Source of the DNA: Octopus bimaculoides
Lineage: Eukaryota
Assembly (NCBI RefSeq): GCF_001194135.2
Contig: NC_068993.1
Coordinates: forward strand, 35,568,387-35,632,386
DNA length: 64,000 nt
Reading direction: 5' to 3'
A program made the translations under genes and the position numbers. Below the pieces are notes generated by a model, which saw only the letters and a program-made list of their open reading frames with translations, did not search any database and was not told where the DNA came from. The stretch's first letter is position 1; every line of letters begins with the position of its first letter. Below are positions 14,046 through 27,345 of this stretch, in pieces.

Positions 14046-15003
14046 TTTGCGTTCTATAAGGTAAATGCCAAGCATATCTCAAGTCTATTCAAAAGATCAC
14101 TTATAGAACAAAAATGTAACATTCTGTATCTGAAGCAGATACAGATTTAAAATCTTAGAACAAGGGACAGATAGATATTCGGTTGACTCCAATTTGAATT
14201 ACGTCATGAAATCCCAAAGGCATCAAAGCATCTCAGTTCACATATCAAAAATATATTAGGCCACACACAAAACTAATATTTTCATCCGCACTGCGGAAGT
14301 GTTATGAATTAATATGATGCTTTCTTGTGTTCTTTTTTTTTTCACTATATTAGGTATGATAGCAATAACGTAACCACTACTATTCATGCAGCTGCAGTCG
14401 CTGAGAAATTACCCTCAGTCTTCTTGCTAATTGTAGGCCCTTGTGTACATTACTTACTACAGATCGACACAGTAATTATTAATCTACTAAGTTTAGATAA
14501 ACTTATGCTTTGTTGAATATTATGTTCTCACCCCTTTGTACCGAAGTCAGATTAGAACATTATTCACTAAGTTAATACTTTTCCTTCTCAATATAAGCAT
14601 TTTTTTTCTTAATTGCATTAGGTATGGTAGCAATAACTACATAAATAATGTAATATCTCGTTATAAAAAAGAAACCTGATATAGTAAATCTTTGCAGAAT
14701 AGCAGGGCCATTTTACCAACATTGTAGCCACCACACCCGGCAAGTGGATGGAGCAAATAAAGTACTTCACTGTTTCTTCTACACACACAACTATAACATA
14801 TATACATTAGCATTTGCGTTCTATAAAGTAAATGCCAAGCATGTCTCAAGTCTATTCAAAAGATCACTTATAGGACAAAAATATAACATTCTGTATCTGA
14901 AGCAGATACAGATTTAAAATCTTAGAACAAGAGACAGATAGATATTCGGTTGACTCCAATTTGAATTACGTCATGAAATCCCAAAGGCATCAAAGCATCT
15001 CAG
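14046..15003 (+). repeat. Recent 191-bp direct duplication (14046-14236 and 14813-15003)
   Basis: tttgcgttctataa...catcaaagcatctcag occurs twice at offset 767, collinear, with only a few substitutions. Confidence 0.9.
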
Positions 15004-15578
15004 AGAATTGATTAAAGTGTTTATGCCTTAAGTTGGTATTAGACAGCAGTAGCACATTCTTTCAAAAAAAATTCAAAGACAGCATTCAATATAACTAAAA
15101 TTATAACACAACTTAACGCACATTGTTCTTCCCTTCTCTTATGTCACTCCCTTTGAAAATGAATTTGAAATTCAGTATCCATTTACTATTTTTTGTTTTG
15201 TTTTTGGAAGGTTGAGAAAATTTAGAATGAAGTATATTGTTGAGTTACAAAATAAATCTTTTACCGTGAATATGAACCTATTTATTATGTCTTGTACACT
15301 GAAATATTATTTACTCGATTATTAAAACTTTCGATGTAAATGGTTTTCGTTATTTGTAGTCAAGCCAAAGTGTCGAAATATTCACCAATATTTGATTGCA
15401 TTTAAATAGTAATTCAAAGACATCAAGAAACTGACTAGGTAAAATATGTTTCTCTTACGAAGTTGCTTGCAATATATTCTGTAAAAAAGTTTTGTTCATC
15501 GTAATTTTACTAAGTACGTTATGAAATATCATTTATCGCCTCATCTGAAGTAATACTCGTCTATTTTTCATAAGAATA

Positions 15579-15613
<35 letters not shown>

Positions 15614-16196
15614 GTTTTGTCGTCAAATATCATTAGCAGCAATAATAAACGAGGTACGTAAGAACAGAAAACCTGTTGCTCGAAAAATTTTCTGTTCAAA
15701 CGTCAGTAGTATGAATCAAATATTTACTATCGAATGTCCGCAACGGTTGTAAAATAGAAAGGAAAGAAACAAGACGTAAAACTGTCATCAAGAACTTCAC
15801 ACATTCGTAAAATTACTTAAATAATCTGTTCAGTTGATCTGTTTTGTATCAAAATATAATTCAGTCTTAGGAAAAGTCAAGCTAATAAAATATTCCAAAC
15901 TGATTTTCCTGTGTCTTTACTGCTACTGAAGTGGTGATTTTAATACTAAGCAGTGTTTGTATCATGTAAATATTGAGTGTTTTATATATCAGATTGAATG
16001 TAATAAAAACGAGGAATATTTCTTTGTATATTTAAGCCACTAAATGTTTAATATATCACAATATGGGAAAGTAATTCAGTTAATACGGAGATCTGCTATA
16101 GCTTCAGCAAGAATTTGCAATGGTTTAAAAGTAAGAAAAAAACACCTTTTTACTTAGTTTCCTATACAATGACATGAATATATTACATCTATTATT

Positions 16197-16412
16197 TAAG
16201 CGGTGAGTAAGTAGAATAGTCAACACGCTGAACAAAATGCATAGCAGTATTTCTTCCGACTTTACGTTCTGAGTTCAAATGCCTCCAGACTAGACCTTGC
16301 ATTTTGTCCTTTTTCTGTCGATAAAATAAGTACTACTTGAGCATTGTTGACGATGTAATTGACTTACCCCCATCCCGATATTGCTGGCCTTGAGTCAAAG
16401 TTTGAAACCATT
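16197..16412 (+). mobile_element. SINE family 1
   Basis: GAGTTCAAAT B-box plus the family body gataaaataagtac...gatgtaattgacttacccc...tttgaaaccattatt. Confidence 0.8.
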
Positions 16413-16423
16413 ATTATTAAACA

Positions 16424-16598
16424 GTTCTATATTTAAGAGATGAGGAATTATTTACATTATTTACATTTGACGGGTATTTGATCTCATTTTCTTTGTTGTT
16501 AACACAACGTTTCGGCTGATATACCCTACAGCCTTCATCAAGTGTCTTGGGAAAATTTCGAACCCGGGTTTTCATTCCTAAGGTATTTATCGATGTTG

Positions 16599-16656
<58 letters not shown>

Positions 16657-16741
16657 TAGTATAATTATTCAGGTCACTGCTTGGTGTCGAACTTGGAATC
16701 TTGGGGCTAGTAGCCTGCGTTCTTAACCACTACGCCATATG
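16424..16741 (-). mobile_element. tRNA-headed SINE-like element with a hammerhead-like 3' region (full copy)
   Basis: On the minus strand: A-box TGGCGTAGTGG (16727-16737), B-box GTTCGACAC (16684-16692), an (AAT)n tract, then GACAC-TTGATGA-A-GGCTG..CAGCC-GAAA-CGTT-GTGTT (16501-16546) and AATGTAAAT tail repeats. Confidence 0.8.
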
Positions 16742-16749
16742 TCCGTGAT

Positions 16750-16916
16750 CATATGGCGTAATAACATCGAAAAATACCTTAAGAATGAGAACCCTGGTTC
16801 GAAATTTTCCCAACACACCTGATGAAGGCTGGAGAGTATATCAGCCGAAACGTTGTGTTAGCAACAAACAAGATGAGGACAAATATCCGTCAAATGTAAA
16901 TAATGTAAATAATGTA
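16750..16916 (+). mobile_element. Inverted, head-deleted second copy of the tRNA/hammerhead element
   Basis: CATATGGCGTA is joined directly to ATAACATCG..., and the remainder is the reverse complement of 16449-16600. Confidence 0.85.
16815..16858 (+). ncRNA. Minimal type I hammerhead ribozyme motif
   Basis: Stem I ACAC/GTGT, core CTGATGA (16819-16825) plus an extra A, stem II GGCTG/CAGCC, GAAA (16847-16850), and palindromic AACGTT supplying stem III and the GUU cleavage triplet. Confidence 0.7.
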
Positions 16917-16949
16917 CATTATTAGTATAGTTATTTTTATATAAATTCA

Positions 16950-17136
<187 letters not shown>

Positions 17137-17225
17137 CTTCGCATACCGTGAATTTCGAAGTTTTCAATCAAAACGAGTTCTAGACTAATCTGTATGGACC
17201 AACTTGTTTTTAGAAATGGTGTAGA

Positions 17226-17967
17226 CTATTTCCGGTTTAGTTCCGGATATAGAATTCTTATAAAATATCTTGCTTTTGCCTTTAGTCGCTGATCAATTTC
17301 GTGTTTTATTTCGTAAAAAGTTAATATTTTCATTTTTTTTTTTTTTTTTTTTTGGTGGGGAGCACAAAAGTGTGGAACATTTCTAAGAGATAATTCCTTA
17401 ATTTGTTGCTTGTACAAACTCATAAGGTTAATTTTGATCTTGTTTCGCCAATATAATTCTCATTGAATTGTGGGGCGTGTGATGCAGTTGATGAGAGTTT
17501 TTGCTTTGCTATTTATGTTTATATTCACTTTCAATGCCATCTCATTCTTGAATTTTGTTCGTGTGTCTGGCTCAATTAATTTACATACCTTATGACGACG
17601 GTTACCTGCATTATTTCTTCTGTTGGTGTGAATATCGCCTGTGCTAGGTGTCCTTTCATATTTAGTGCTTGGCTCTGGCATTTGATGATTTGTGATTCTT
17701 TGATTATTTGTCAGATATCCGAGAATTGATGAAGAATTGAGAGGTATCGTTTTGCTGAATGTAAGATGTTGTGGTTCCCAGGATTGAGAGTGACTATGAA
17801 TGTGATATTCATATTTGTATTTTAGTTTTCATTCTCAGTGGGAGCTGTTCTTCGTAAAGTGGAGATTAGAATATGTTTGGCTTTGGTTATGGTATGAGTA
17901 ATTAGGTTTAGGAATATTCCTGTTTTCAGCGGCCTATTTAGTTACGCCAGTCCTTTCTTTCGCCTAC

Positions 17968-18013
<46 letters not shown>

Positions 18014-18094
18014 NNNNNNNNNNNNNNNNNNNNNNNNNNNNNNNNNNNNNNNNNNNNNNNNNNNNNNNNNNNNNNNNNNNNNNNNNNNNNNNNN

Positions 18095-18132
<38 letters not shown>

Positions 18133-18528
18133 TGCCTATTGATCTTATACATCTCGCCATACAGAATGATATCCGTTTTGTTCGGGAAGAGTGGCAAGTT
18201 CTAAAATTTAAATATTAGTGTGTATTTCTACCCTTACAGTAGAGATCGGATGTAACTGATTCATCCGGATGTAACTGATTCATCCGGATGTAACTGATTC
18301 ATCCGGATGTAACTGCCCAGAAAAGGAATTTCCCTTTCATGACTTTCCATAGGGAACTGGATCGGTTCATGAATGCTATCTATCAATTTCAACATTCTTG
18401 CAAAGTGATTTTTACTTTTGTTCCAAAATATGAAGCAGGTAAACAAATTTGTTCCAGACAAGGTATAGATTATTTCTTCCAGGAATCACATATACTAGTG
18501 TCGCAAAGGTCTGCTCGACTTTCGTCCA

Positions 18529-18530
<2 letters not shown>
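17226..18530 (-). mobile_element. Degraded Penelope-like element (RT C-terminus and GIY-YIG endonuclease), interrupted by (TG)n and a gap
   Basis: Minus-strand peptides in PLE order: CFIFWNKSK...IQFPMESHEREIPFL, TCHSSRTKRISFCMARCIRSI, VTLNPGNHNI, LINCITRP..YIGET (GIY-YIG), KQQIK, KILTFYEIK...YFIRILYPELNRK*. Confidence 0.85.
18248..18315. repeat. 19-bp tandem repeat GGATGTAACTGATTCATCC, about 3.6 copies
   Basis: Perfect copies start at 18248, 18267, 18286 and (partial) 18305. Confidence 0.95.
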
Positions 18531-18621
<91 letters not shown>

Positions 18622-19824
18622 TGTACTAATTTGTGTCTTTCAGTAATGAGGGTTCAGTTGGTTAGGAATTGTTGTGAAGCCCCTGAAGAATTCTCCATCT
18701 CTACTTATTAAATCTGTCATCAAATGCTTTTCACCTGTGACTATCTCATCAGATGTAAAGGACTACATTATCCTATGAGCACGTCAGTTTTATAGAAAGT
18801 AAGGTATGTGCTGAGGATTGTTTGGGTGGTATTCTTAGAAAGCCAAGCAACAATGCCCAGGCTCCTGTCATTGATTCTGATCGTAACTTCATTGTGTATT
18901 TTGAAACGTTATTAATTTTAGAATACGTGATACGATGAAACAGAATGGATAAATAAAAATAAAATATATTTCAGCTCACACATAGTTTGTAAATTTGAGC
19001 GAAAGTATTTGACAGTTTAAGAAATGAGATGACACGACGGTAATTAATGCTCTAGTAGATTTAATTATGATTCGTCATAAATTGCTTTATCGTCATATTT
19101 AAGCGGTACTGAATTATTTACTTTGTTGAAGGTAGAACCATATACTGTGCTTTCTCCTCTATTTACAATTTAAACATTACAGCTATATTAATAGTCATTG
19201 TCTATTTAATGATTTTTTATTCGTCCTAAAATAATGCATACTTACATTATTAATGCTCCTTGCATTACGCACTTTAGACGTACGCTAATGTCTATTCTGT
19301 AGATGGTTATATCAAGACTCATTCATTCTCTAATCAACATCCTTTTCTAAATGAACCAATGTATATTATTTTACTTTAATGTATTGTTTCAATACTTCGG
19401 TAAGTACTGTAAAGTGAGTGCTTCGTTGATGAGGTAATAATAACATACAAACATATCTAGTTCAATTCCACTATCTTTAGAAATAAATTAAATATGTCAT
19501 TGACTAATTTTTTAATCATTGCTCTATAATTATTAATTGTTAGCTTTTTAACGTTATTTGTATCAAGTTAACACTTGATTTCGTGAGCTGTTTCTCATGC
19601 GGACAGCTTCTTCCGTTTGGGTATTATCTAAAGAGAAATATATGCTGCTTTATGTACAGGGACAGGCAATGGTGACCTTGTAGTAGCAGGAGACGAATCA
19701 GATATTCATATTGCACCGTGCCGTTTTGTATTTTACATAAACAGTTTGCATAGGAAATATATTTAGGAATATGATTTCGCTACACGTTAAGATAAAGAAG
19801 AAATATACAAGTGCAGTGTATATT

Positions 19825-20042
<218 letters not shown>

Positions 20043-20683
20043 CACTGAAATTGCATGTATAGTTTACCACATCTCTGAAGTATAAGACTGTGAGTGATGT
20101 CAGTAGTGCAGGTTTAATTACAAATTCATTCTGTATAAGGGATGTGCATGAATATCTACTTCTATAAATTTACTACTGTCTTATCTTAACTGGCACTAAA
20201 CGCCGGAAGGGTTTACAGTTGGTGAAATATATTTTTGAAATATCGATTTTCAAAAATGTATTAACACCTTCCAGCACCAAATGTTTTGATGTAAACACTG
20301 AACGTGTGTACTAGATGTACTTAAATGCATATTCATTGTTTTATGCTATAAAACTGCGATTATTTGACAATTTCTAAAGATTATATAAATTACGCTAAAT
20401 ATAACTGAATCTCTACAGAAACCTAAATTTGTTAGTTTTGTAATCTTGATAACAATAAATGCAATTTATAACAACAATGACAATTCTAAAGATAGGTTTA
20501 TTAAGTCTGATATCATTGAGGTGGAAGATGAAATAAATTATCATCGATTTGACATTAGGCAAAGAAATATAAATAATATTGATAAATACGACAAAAATAA
20601 CAGATAATAACAACGGGATAAATTAAACAATGACGACGACGTTGGCAATGACCATCATCATGGTGGTGATTACGTCGACGACA

Positions 20684-20715
<32 letters not shown>

Positions 20716-23700
20716 AAGCGCTGGGTAAACGAAAACGTTCGCTACCAGAGGCATTGATTAAATTGATTAGAAAAATGTGTTAACACTGCGTGAATCCGCT
20801 GACAAAGTATAGGAAAAGGCTAAGGAGAGAAGATGTCTGGCTCTTCTGTAAGTTTCCAAATCGAATTTCCTTTCTCTAAGCATGTAATTTTAAACGTTTC
20901 TGTATCTCTGTATGCGACATATTTTAAATTGTTGCATTTACAGATTTTCTTTCACTAATAAACTTTGATCTGTTTTATAGCGGAAAGATTTAGATTTTTA
21001 ATCGAGAATTAGAGACATTCCTACGCATTCATCAATTTATTATAGTAGTGGAGAAGCTTCAACAGAAAATTCACGGAAACAATATTATCATTATATTATG
21101 GTGGGTTTATAATGCTTATAAGTAGAGCTATGTTTTAATTATGCATAAACTCAATTTAAGTTTAAATAAGGGAAATGAGAAGTGTGATGTTCATGTATTT
21201 TCTTAAATTTATGGTGTAAATGGGGTACAAAGACTTCAAACAGAAATTGAAACTCCATTGCAGCCTCAGTTTACAAGAGCGCCAAACCTCTGTATGCTTT
21301 CTCCTTTAAAATATTTGGTTCGTTTTTGGTTAACACCATGAACCGTTTATTTTCGGGAAGAAAAGCAATTCTAAGGCAGTTAACTTTTTCTCACAGAGTT
21401 CAATTGCATAAGCAAGCGGAATAGCGTTCAAAGGGTCTTTAAATTGCGTCGCATTATTCTCTCTTGATCGGGGTCACTTCTACGCGCTATGTCAATATGT
21501 TAGAAATATTCTACCATATTTTAGAAAAAGAATGTGAGGACAGATTAAATAAAGTCGTTCTGTAAGTGCAGTATACGTTTATATAAAAAAATAGGATGGT
21601 GTTCATAGATAAAACCCGTTTCATAACGTCTGCTTAGCTAAGGCCGTTTTAGAGTTGAATGGAGATAAGGACATTACAACGATGACTATGACATCAACAT
21701 CATAACCACCTTTTCCCCATCTCTAAATAAGAATCTAGTTTACCAAATCACTTATGTGAAATATAAAACATTAATAAATATTGATTTCTCTATTCATAAA
21801 AATTCAAAGAATTTTTAATAAGTTTATATTTGAATTGGTTTATCAAAGTACTGGTATTTATTTATCATTTTCATAGAGATGAAAGTTTGATTTAATTCAA
21901 ACCGAATTTGAACTTGGAACAAGGAATACTACATAACATTCATTCTGGGGTCCTGCAGTTTCTGTATCACAGGTGTGAGCACTGTTCAATATTGAATCAA
22001 TAAGTTAGAGTAAACAATGCTGTAACAATCGATATTTCTGTTGAGCTGAGACTAACTCACACTCAATCACCACTCTAACTCCAATACTCCTTGGAAACTA
22101 TAGCTTGCAATAAAGGAAGTAAAGTTTTCAGTTGAGGACCAAAACATGATTCGTCTCTAGTTTTTTAGTCAAGCTGGAGTTCTCATATGTTTCCAACGAG
22201 AAATTCCTAATTGTATTATTCAATAGTAGTTGCCACAGTGTTAAAAAAATAGTTGCAGTTACTTAATTGTTCAATGATGATATTGCGTAGAATAACGGTT
22301 ACCAACTTAAGAAATTTATCAGAATATGAACGTTATAAGTACCATTGTGTATATGTTGTCTAAATAGACACACTATGAAATAGGATTAGAAAGATATGAA
22401 AAATCACCTAACTGCTTTAAAAAATTTTCATCTCTATGTCATCAACCTACTTCTTGTATGGCCATGTTTATGACAGTTAATCTTCAACCAACACCATGTA
22501 GCTCTAAATATTGGTTGAGGTAACCCATCGCCCTAAATAGTGAGAGCACAGTGTATCTAATGAATATTCTTGTTTAGATTACAGTGCTGATGTCAGGTCT
22601 TCCCAATTCTGTGAAGCAATGACTCGTTATGCACAATGTGTTTAAAAATAAGGATGTCTAAAATTGCTTAAGATTGCCATCGATTTTGCAAAGATAAACA
22701 AGCTTTTAAGATGCATCCAACATACGTATAATGATAAAAAAGGTATAAAGGGACAACAAAGATACATAGCCATATATGTGTAGTAGACACAGAGATAAGC
22801 AATATAGCAAGGAATAGAGTTATGTCATGGATATGCTTAAATGTTGAAATAGTGGCAACATTTACCGTGTTTACGTAGTTATAAATTGTCATCAATAAAT
22901 GACGACAGCCGGTTGCAGTGTGCATTACAAGCAAGGGAATGCATTGTGCAAACATTCACAAATCTTTTTTAGTACTTAACATGTTGAAGTAATATAAATG
23001 TAGACATGTATATTCACATAATATAAGAACTGTAAATACATTTAATACATGTGACAAAATGTTGATGTATAAAAACAGTGATGGTGAACGAAATGTTTGT
23101 AAATTGCGGCTGTGTGCGTAAATTTCTAACTTGTCAGTGAAATTATTATTCACATTTGATGATGTAAAGTATGTATACACAGACATATTAAATATATATT
23201 ATTTCTAACTCCCATAGGCATATCAAATAGAATTTAATGGGACAATGAATAACATTCCCTAAATAAGATATTAAACAAATCATTTTTTGGAAAACAATCT
23301 GAATATAATTATATATATTGCGAAATAAAATATAAAACGCATATATTATTAGTATTCTACTCTCAATGATTGCTTACATTGAAAGAAAACATGTATTGAT
23401 TCTTTTTGGCTGCTATATCTTTTAGTGAAAATAGAGGTAGGAAAGAGAAGAGCAAACTCGAAGATCTGAATTTAACCACATATTTAATCAAAAGTTTTCA
23501 TATCCCCACTTCTATTTATTAAGTCAAAATTATGTATTCGCCGAGATGCCTGACGTCCTTGTTTTGGGAAGACCAAAGTTCTCAGTAAATGGAATACTAA
23601 ATCTAGATTCTCTTTTCAGTTAGCATGTTTCATCACTTCTCACTTATCACTCTCTTACAATATAAATTTAAGAAGCTTTATTTGTTTTTTGTAAATATTT

Positions 23701-23954
23701 TTAGAGCAAGCACTCGTGTGCTGACGATACTTCTGTACTCCGTCCCTGAATACTGGAGTCAATGTCTTATCAGGCGTTGAAACAGTTCTGTAGGTATTTT
23801 TGTCCTTATACTGCTACACCAAGGCTGCCAAGAGGAGTCCAGTGATGTAAGCGACAAAACCTCTGCAAAACACCACGCGCACACTGTTGAATCAGATGTG
23901 ACTGTAGGCTAGATGCAAAACGGCCTGTGTTCAAGCATGGAAGTTTTACCAGGT

Positions 23955-24630
23955 CACTGGCCAATACAATGATGGGCAAAGAACGGGCGAGTCGAGAAAA
24001 GCAACAGTACAGATCAATCGGCGAATTCATAGGTTCTCTGAATGTAACCAAATGCTAACAGCAGTCGGCATTTGAAAGCAATTATCTAATGCACTAACAT
24101 TAGCTTTATACCATAAACTGTCAGAAACCGCCTAAAAGAATTTGGACTGCTCAGCCGGATCGCTCGAAAGAAGCCGATAATTTCTGATACGAACCGGTGG
24201 AAGCGGATCATTTTGCTAAAAGTCATATTGAATGGATGGCCGAAGACTGGTCAAAAGTTATTTGGAGCAACGAATCCGGCTTCTGCATCTTTGGATCAGA
24301 AGGAGACTTATGTTAGACGCCGTCCAACTGAAGAATTCCATCCTAAGTGTGTCAAGAAAACGGCGTAAGAGGAAGGTGGAGGTAATAATGTGGGCAGCGT
24401 TCAGCAGCTTAGTTGTTGGTCCAATTGTTACGTTTGATGGCAGATTAAACAGTTTAGGTTATCTGCAATTAGTAAATAAAAATATGCTGCCATATTTAAA
24501 TAACCAGATGCCACCGAGATCTATTCTCCAGCAGCAAAAATGCCCCGTTCAAAAGCCTAGGGAAGTTTTGCAATATTTTCATCGCAATAATATGGTGGTT
24601 ATTGAGCCCGGATTTGAATCTGATAGAAAA
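23955..24630 (+). mobile_element. Tc1-family transposase pseudogene, running into an assembly gap
   Basis: Frameshifted VRNRLKEFGL..ARKKP, WSKVIWSNES (SDES motif), YVRRRPTEEFHPKC, MWAAFS..GPIVTFDGRLNS, ILQQ and SPDLNLIE. Confidence 0.9.
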
Positions 24631-25321
24631 NNNNNNNNNNNNNNNNNNNNNNNNNNNNNNNNNNNNNNNNNNNNNNNNNNNNNNNNNNNNNNNNNNNNNN
24701 NNNNNNNNNNNNNNNNNNNNNNNNNNNNNNNNNNNNNNNNNNNNNNNNNNNNNNNNNNNNNNNNNNNNNNNNNNNNNNNNNNNNNNNNNNNNNNNNNNNN
24801 NNNNNNNNNNNNNNNNNNNNNNNNNNNNNNNNNNNNNNNNNNNNNNNNNNNNNNNNNNNNNNNNNNNNNNNNNNNNNNNNNNNNNNNNNNNNNNNNNNNN
24901 NNNNNNNNNNNNNNNNNNNNNNNNNNNNNNNNNNNNNNNNNNNNNNNNNNNNNNNNNNNNNNNNNNNNNNNNNNNNNNNNNNNNNNNNNNNNNNNNNNNN
25001 NNNNNNNNNNNNNNNNNNNNNNNNNNNNNNNNNNNNNNNNNNNNNNNNNNNNNNNNNNNNNNNNNNNNNNNNNNNNNNNNNNNNNNNNNNNNNNNNNNNN
25101 NNNNNNNNNNNNNNNNNNNNNNNNNNNNNNNNNNNNNNNNNNNNNNNNNNNNNNNNNNNNNNNNNNNNNNNNNNNNNNNNNNNNNNNNNNNNNNNNNNNN
25201 NNNNNNNNNNNNNNNNNNNNNNNNNNNNNNNNNNNNNNNNNNNNNNNNNNNNNNNNNNNNNNNNNNNNNNNNNNNNNNNNNNNNNNNNNNNNNNNNNNNN
25301 NNNNNNNNNNNNNNNNNNNNN

Positions 25322-25382
<61 letters not shown>

Positions 25383-27263
25383 TCTCTCACCTTTCTGATT
25401 ATGTTTCTCCTCATTCTTCCCCTATATTTTTCTTACTCCTATTCTGTCAATTCCCAGAATTTTTATAAGCCATTCAGCTTCTCTCTCTAGTCTCTCCGAT
25501 CCACCGTACCACTTATTTTATTCTGAAAGATAAGCCGATTCTCTCCAAGGTGGCTGAAACGTATGGATATGAAATTCTGTGTATGAATACGTGAGAATAG
25601 TTTTGTATGTCTGAATACGTAAGGCTATGTATACTTCAATGTGCAAGTATGTCTTCATTTGTGAGTGTGCGTTTGGATATGAATATGTATATATAACTGC
25701 GTGTGCATCATGTAAAAGACGATAAACAACACTACCACTATCTAAAATTGCTTGTGTCGTTGTTCAATTATCGATAAAGCTTTAATAAAATATAGTAAAA
25801 TAAAGCATAAAGCAATATAAATAAATAAATAAAAAGCATAATGAATCAAATAAAACGAAATTAAAAGTTAAAATCGAAACAAAATGATCTCCAACATCAA
25901 AGGAACAAGCAGGTCTCATTATGAAGCTGTTGTAACTGTTAATGTTCGTTATACAATTCGAATGTTTGTGATTGTCTGTTGTGTATAGTGTGAAAGAGAG
26001 GCAGGATGTTGGGTTTGGCGGTATGGTGTTGATAATTCAAACTATAATTCGAATACAAGAACAGTAAATCGTTTGTTAGAGTTACATGTTAGTTACGTTT
26101 CTTGTTTTGATGGTGGTGGTTCTTATTCTTGTTTGTAGATGATGTTCGATTATTCTGCAGCGCTAACACTTATTGTTTCATTGACTGTTAGTGTTGTTGT
26201 TGTTTTTACTGTTTCGACTGCTGCTACTGCTGCAGCTGTTACTTCTGCTACAAACGCGCTGTAACCATTCTTAGGATACTGGATCTGTAGTTGATCGACT
26301 AGAACCTATGATCAAAGGATGTTGTCTATCTAGTTACTACATTATACAATGTCCTTTTTGTTTTGAAACGTTAGGGTGTAATTTGACGGCGTATTAATTG
26401 CTATTACACCCATGTAGAATAATTTGCTATAGGACATTTTATTGGCTCGTTGGGACACATATTCCATTTTCATGAAATCCACAGCTATTTATTATTAACT
26501 TTCATTGGTTTCTGCATAGAGGTGTCACAAAGCTACGGTACAGTTCAGCTACCAAGCTATAATTATTTGTTTTTGTTCCTTTAACTTTCTGGTGTTGTAC
26601 TGTTCTTGGTAGCAAGAACGAAGCCTCTCGCACAAAATTTATCACCCTCTGCATACATTACAAATGTTATTAGATTTTTGTTGAAAGTATTGTAACTATT
26701 TGATGTCTGTTGAGAGACTTTACCTGCCTATTAAAACTGAAACAATGATATTTGGGGAAGAGTTATTTTCACGCAGAAAAGTTGTTAAATACACTTCTTT
26801 ATTTCTTCAGGTGTCAAAATTTTCATCGCACAAGCGCAACATTGTACAAATACAGATGTGCAGCGAAAAGTTTGGCACCTCAAGAAATAAATAAAAGAAC
26901 TCAACTGTTTGTGGTTGCTACCGAACAGCGAAACGTCTTTCACCGTGTAGATATCATTGTAGATTTAATAATAGCTGTTATTATTTTGGTTCTCAGCACT
27001 CCTTCATATGAGACACTGATATTACAATTGTTTTTCTGTTTCTTTATCACCTCCATAACTGATGCAGCCTCTGTCTTTGTTTCTGATGAAGTTGTATTTC
27101 TAGTTTAATGCCAACGATGCTATTATTATTCTCATAATTCTACTTTATATAGTACGTGATATTATTGTTATGCTGTATAACCGTTGTTGTAGTTATTGGC
27201 GTTCATTGTTGTTGCAAATCCATCCAATGTATGACTTCTTGTAGAAGACTGTTTGTAACTAGA

Positions 27264-27337
<74 letters not shown>

Positions 27338-27345
27338 CGACGTCG
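27264..27345. repeat. (GAT)n trinucleotide microsatellite
   Basis: Read directly. Confidence 0.95.

Noticed and set aside
18248-18315. CRISPR-like appearance of short regular repeats
   Set aside because: There are no spacers, the context is eukaryotic and no cas genes are present.
20227-20261. 14-bp AT-rich inverted repeat
   Set aside because: Short and low-complexity; not distinguishable from background.
20833-20853. ATG TCT GGC TCT TCT followed by GTAAGT (possible first coding exon)
   Set aside because: Expected by chance in 64 kb, and no downstream exon was identified.
24232-25468. The longest ORFs in the track (388, 288 and 271 aa)
   Set aside because: Mostly X from the 24631-25321 gap; the real portion is a frameshifted Tc1 fragment.
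26910-26947. CGAAACGTC hammerhead-like half motif
   Set aside because: No CTGANGA core upstream.
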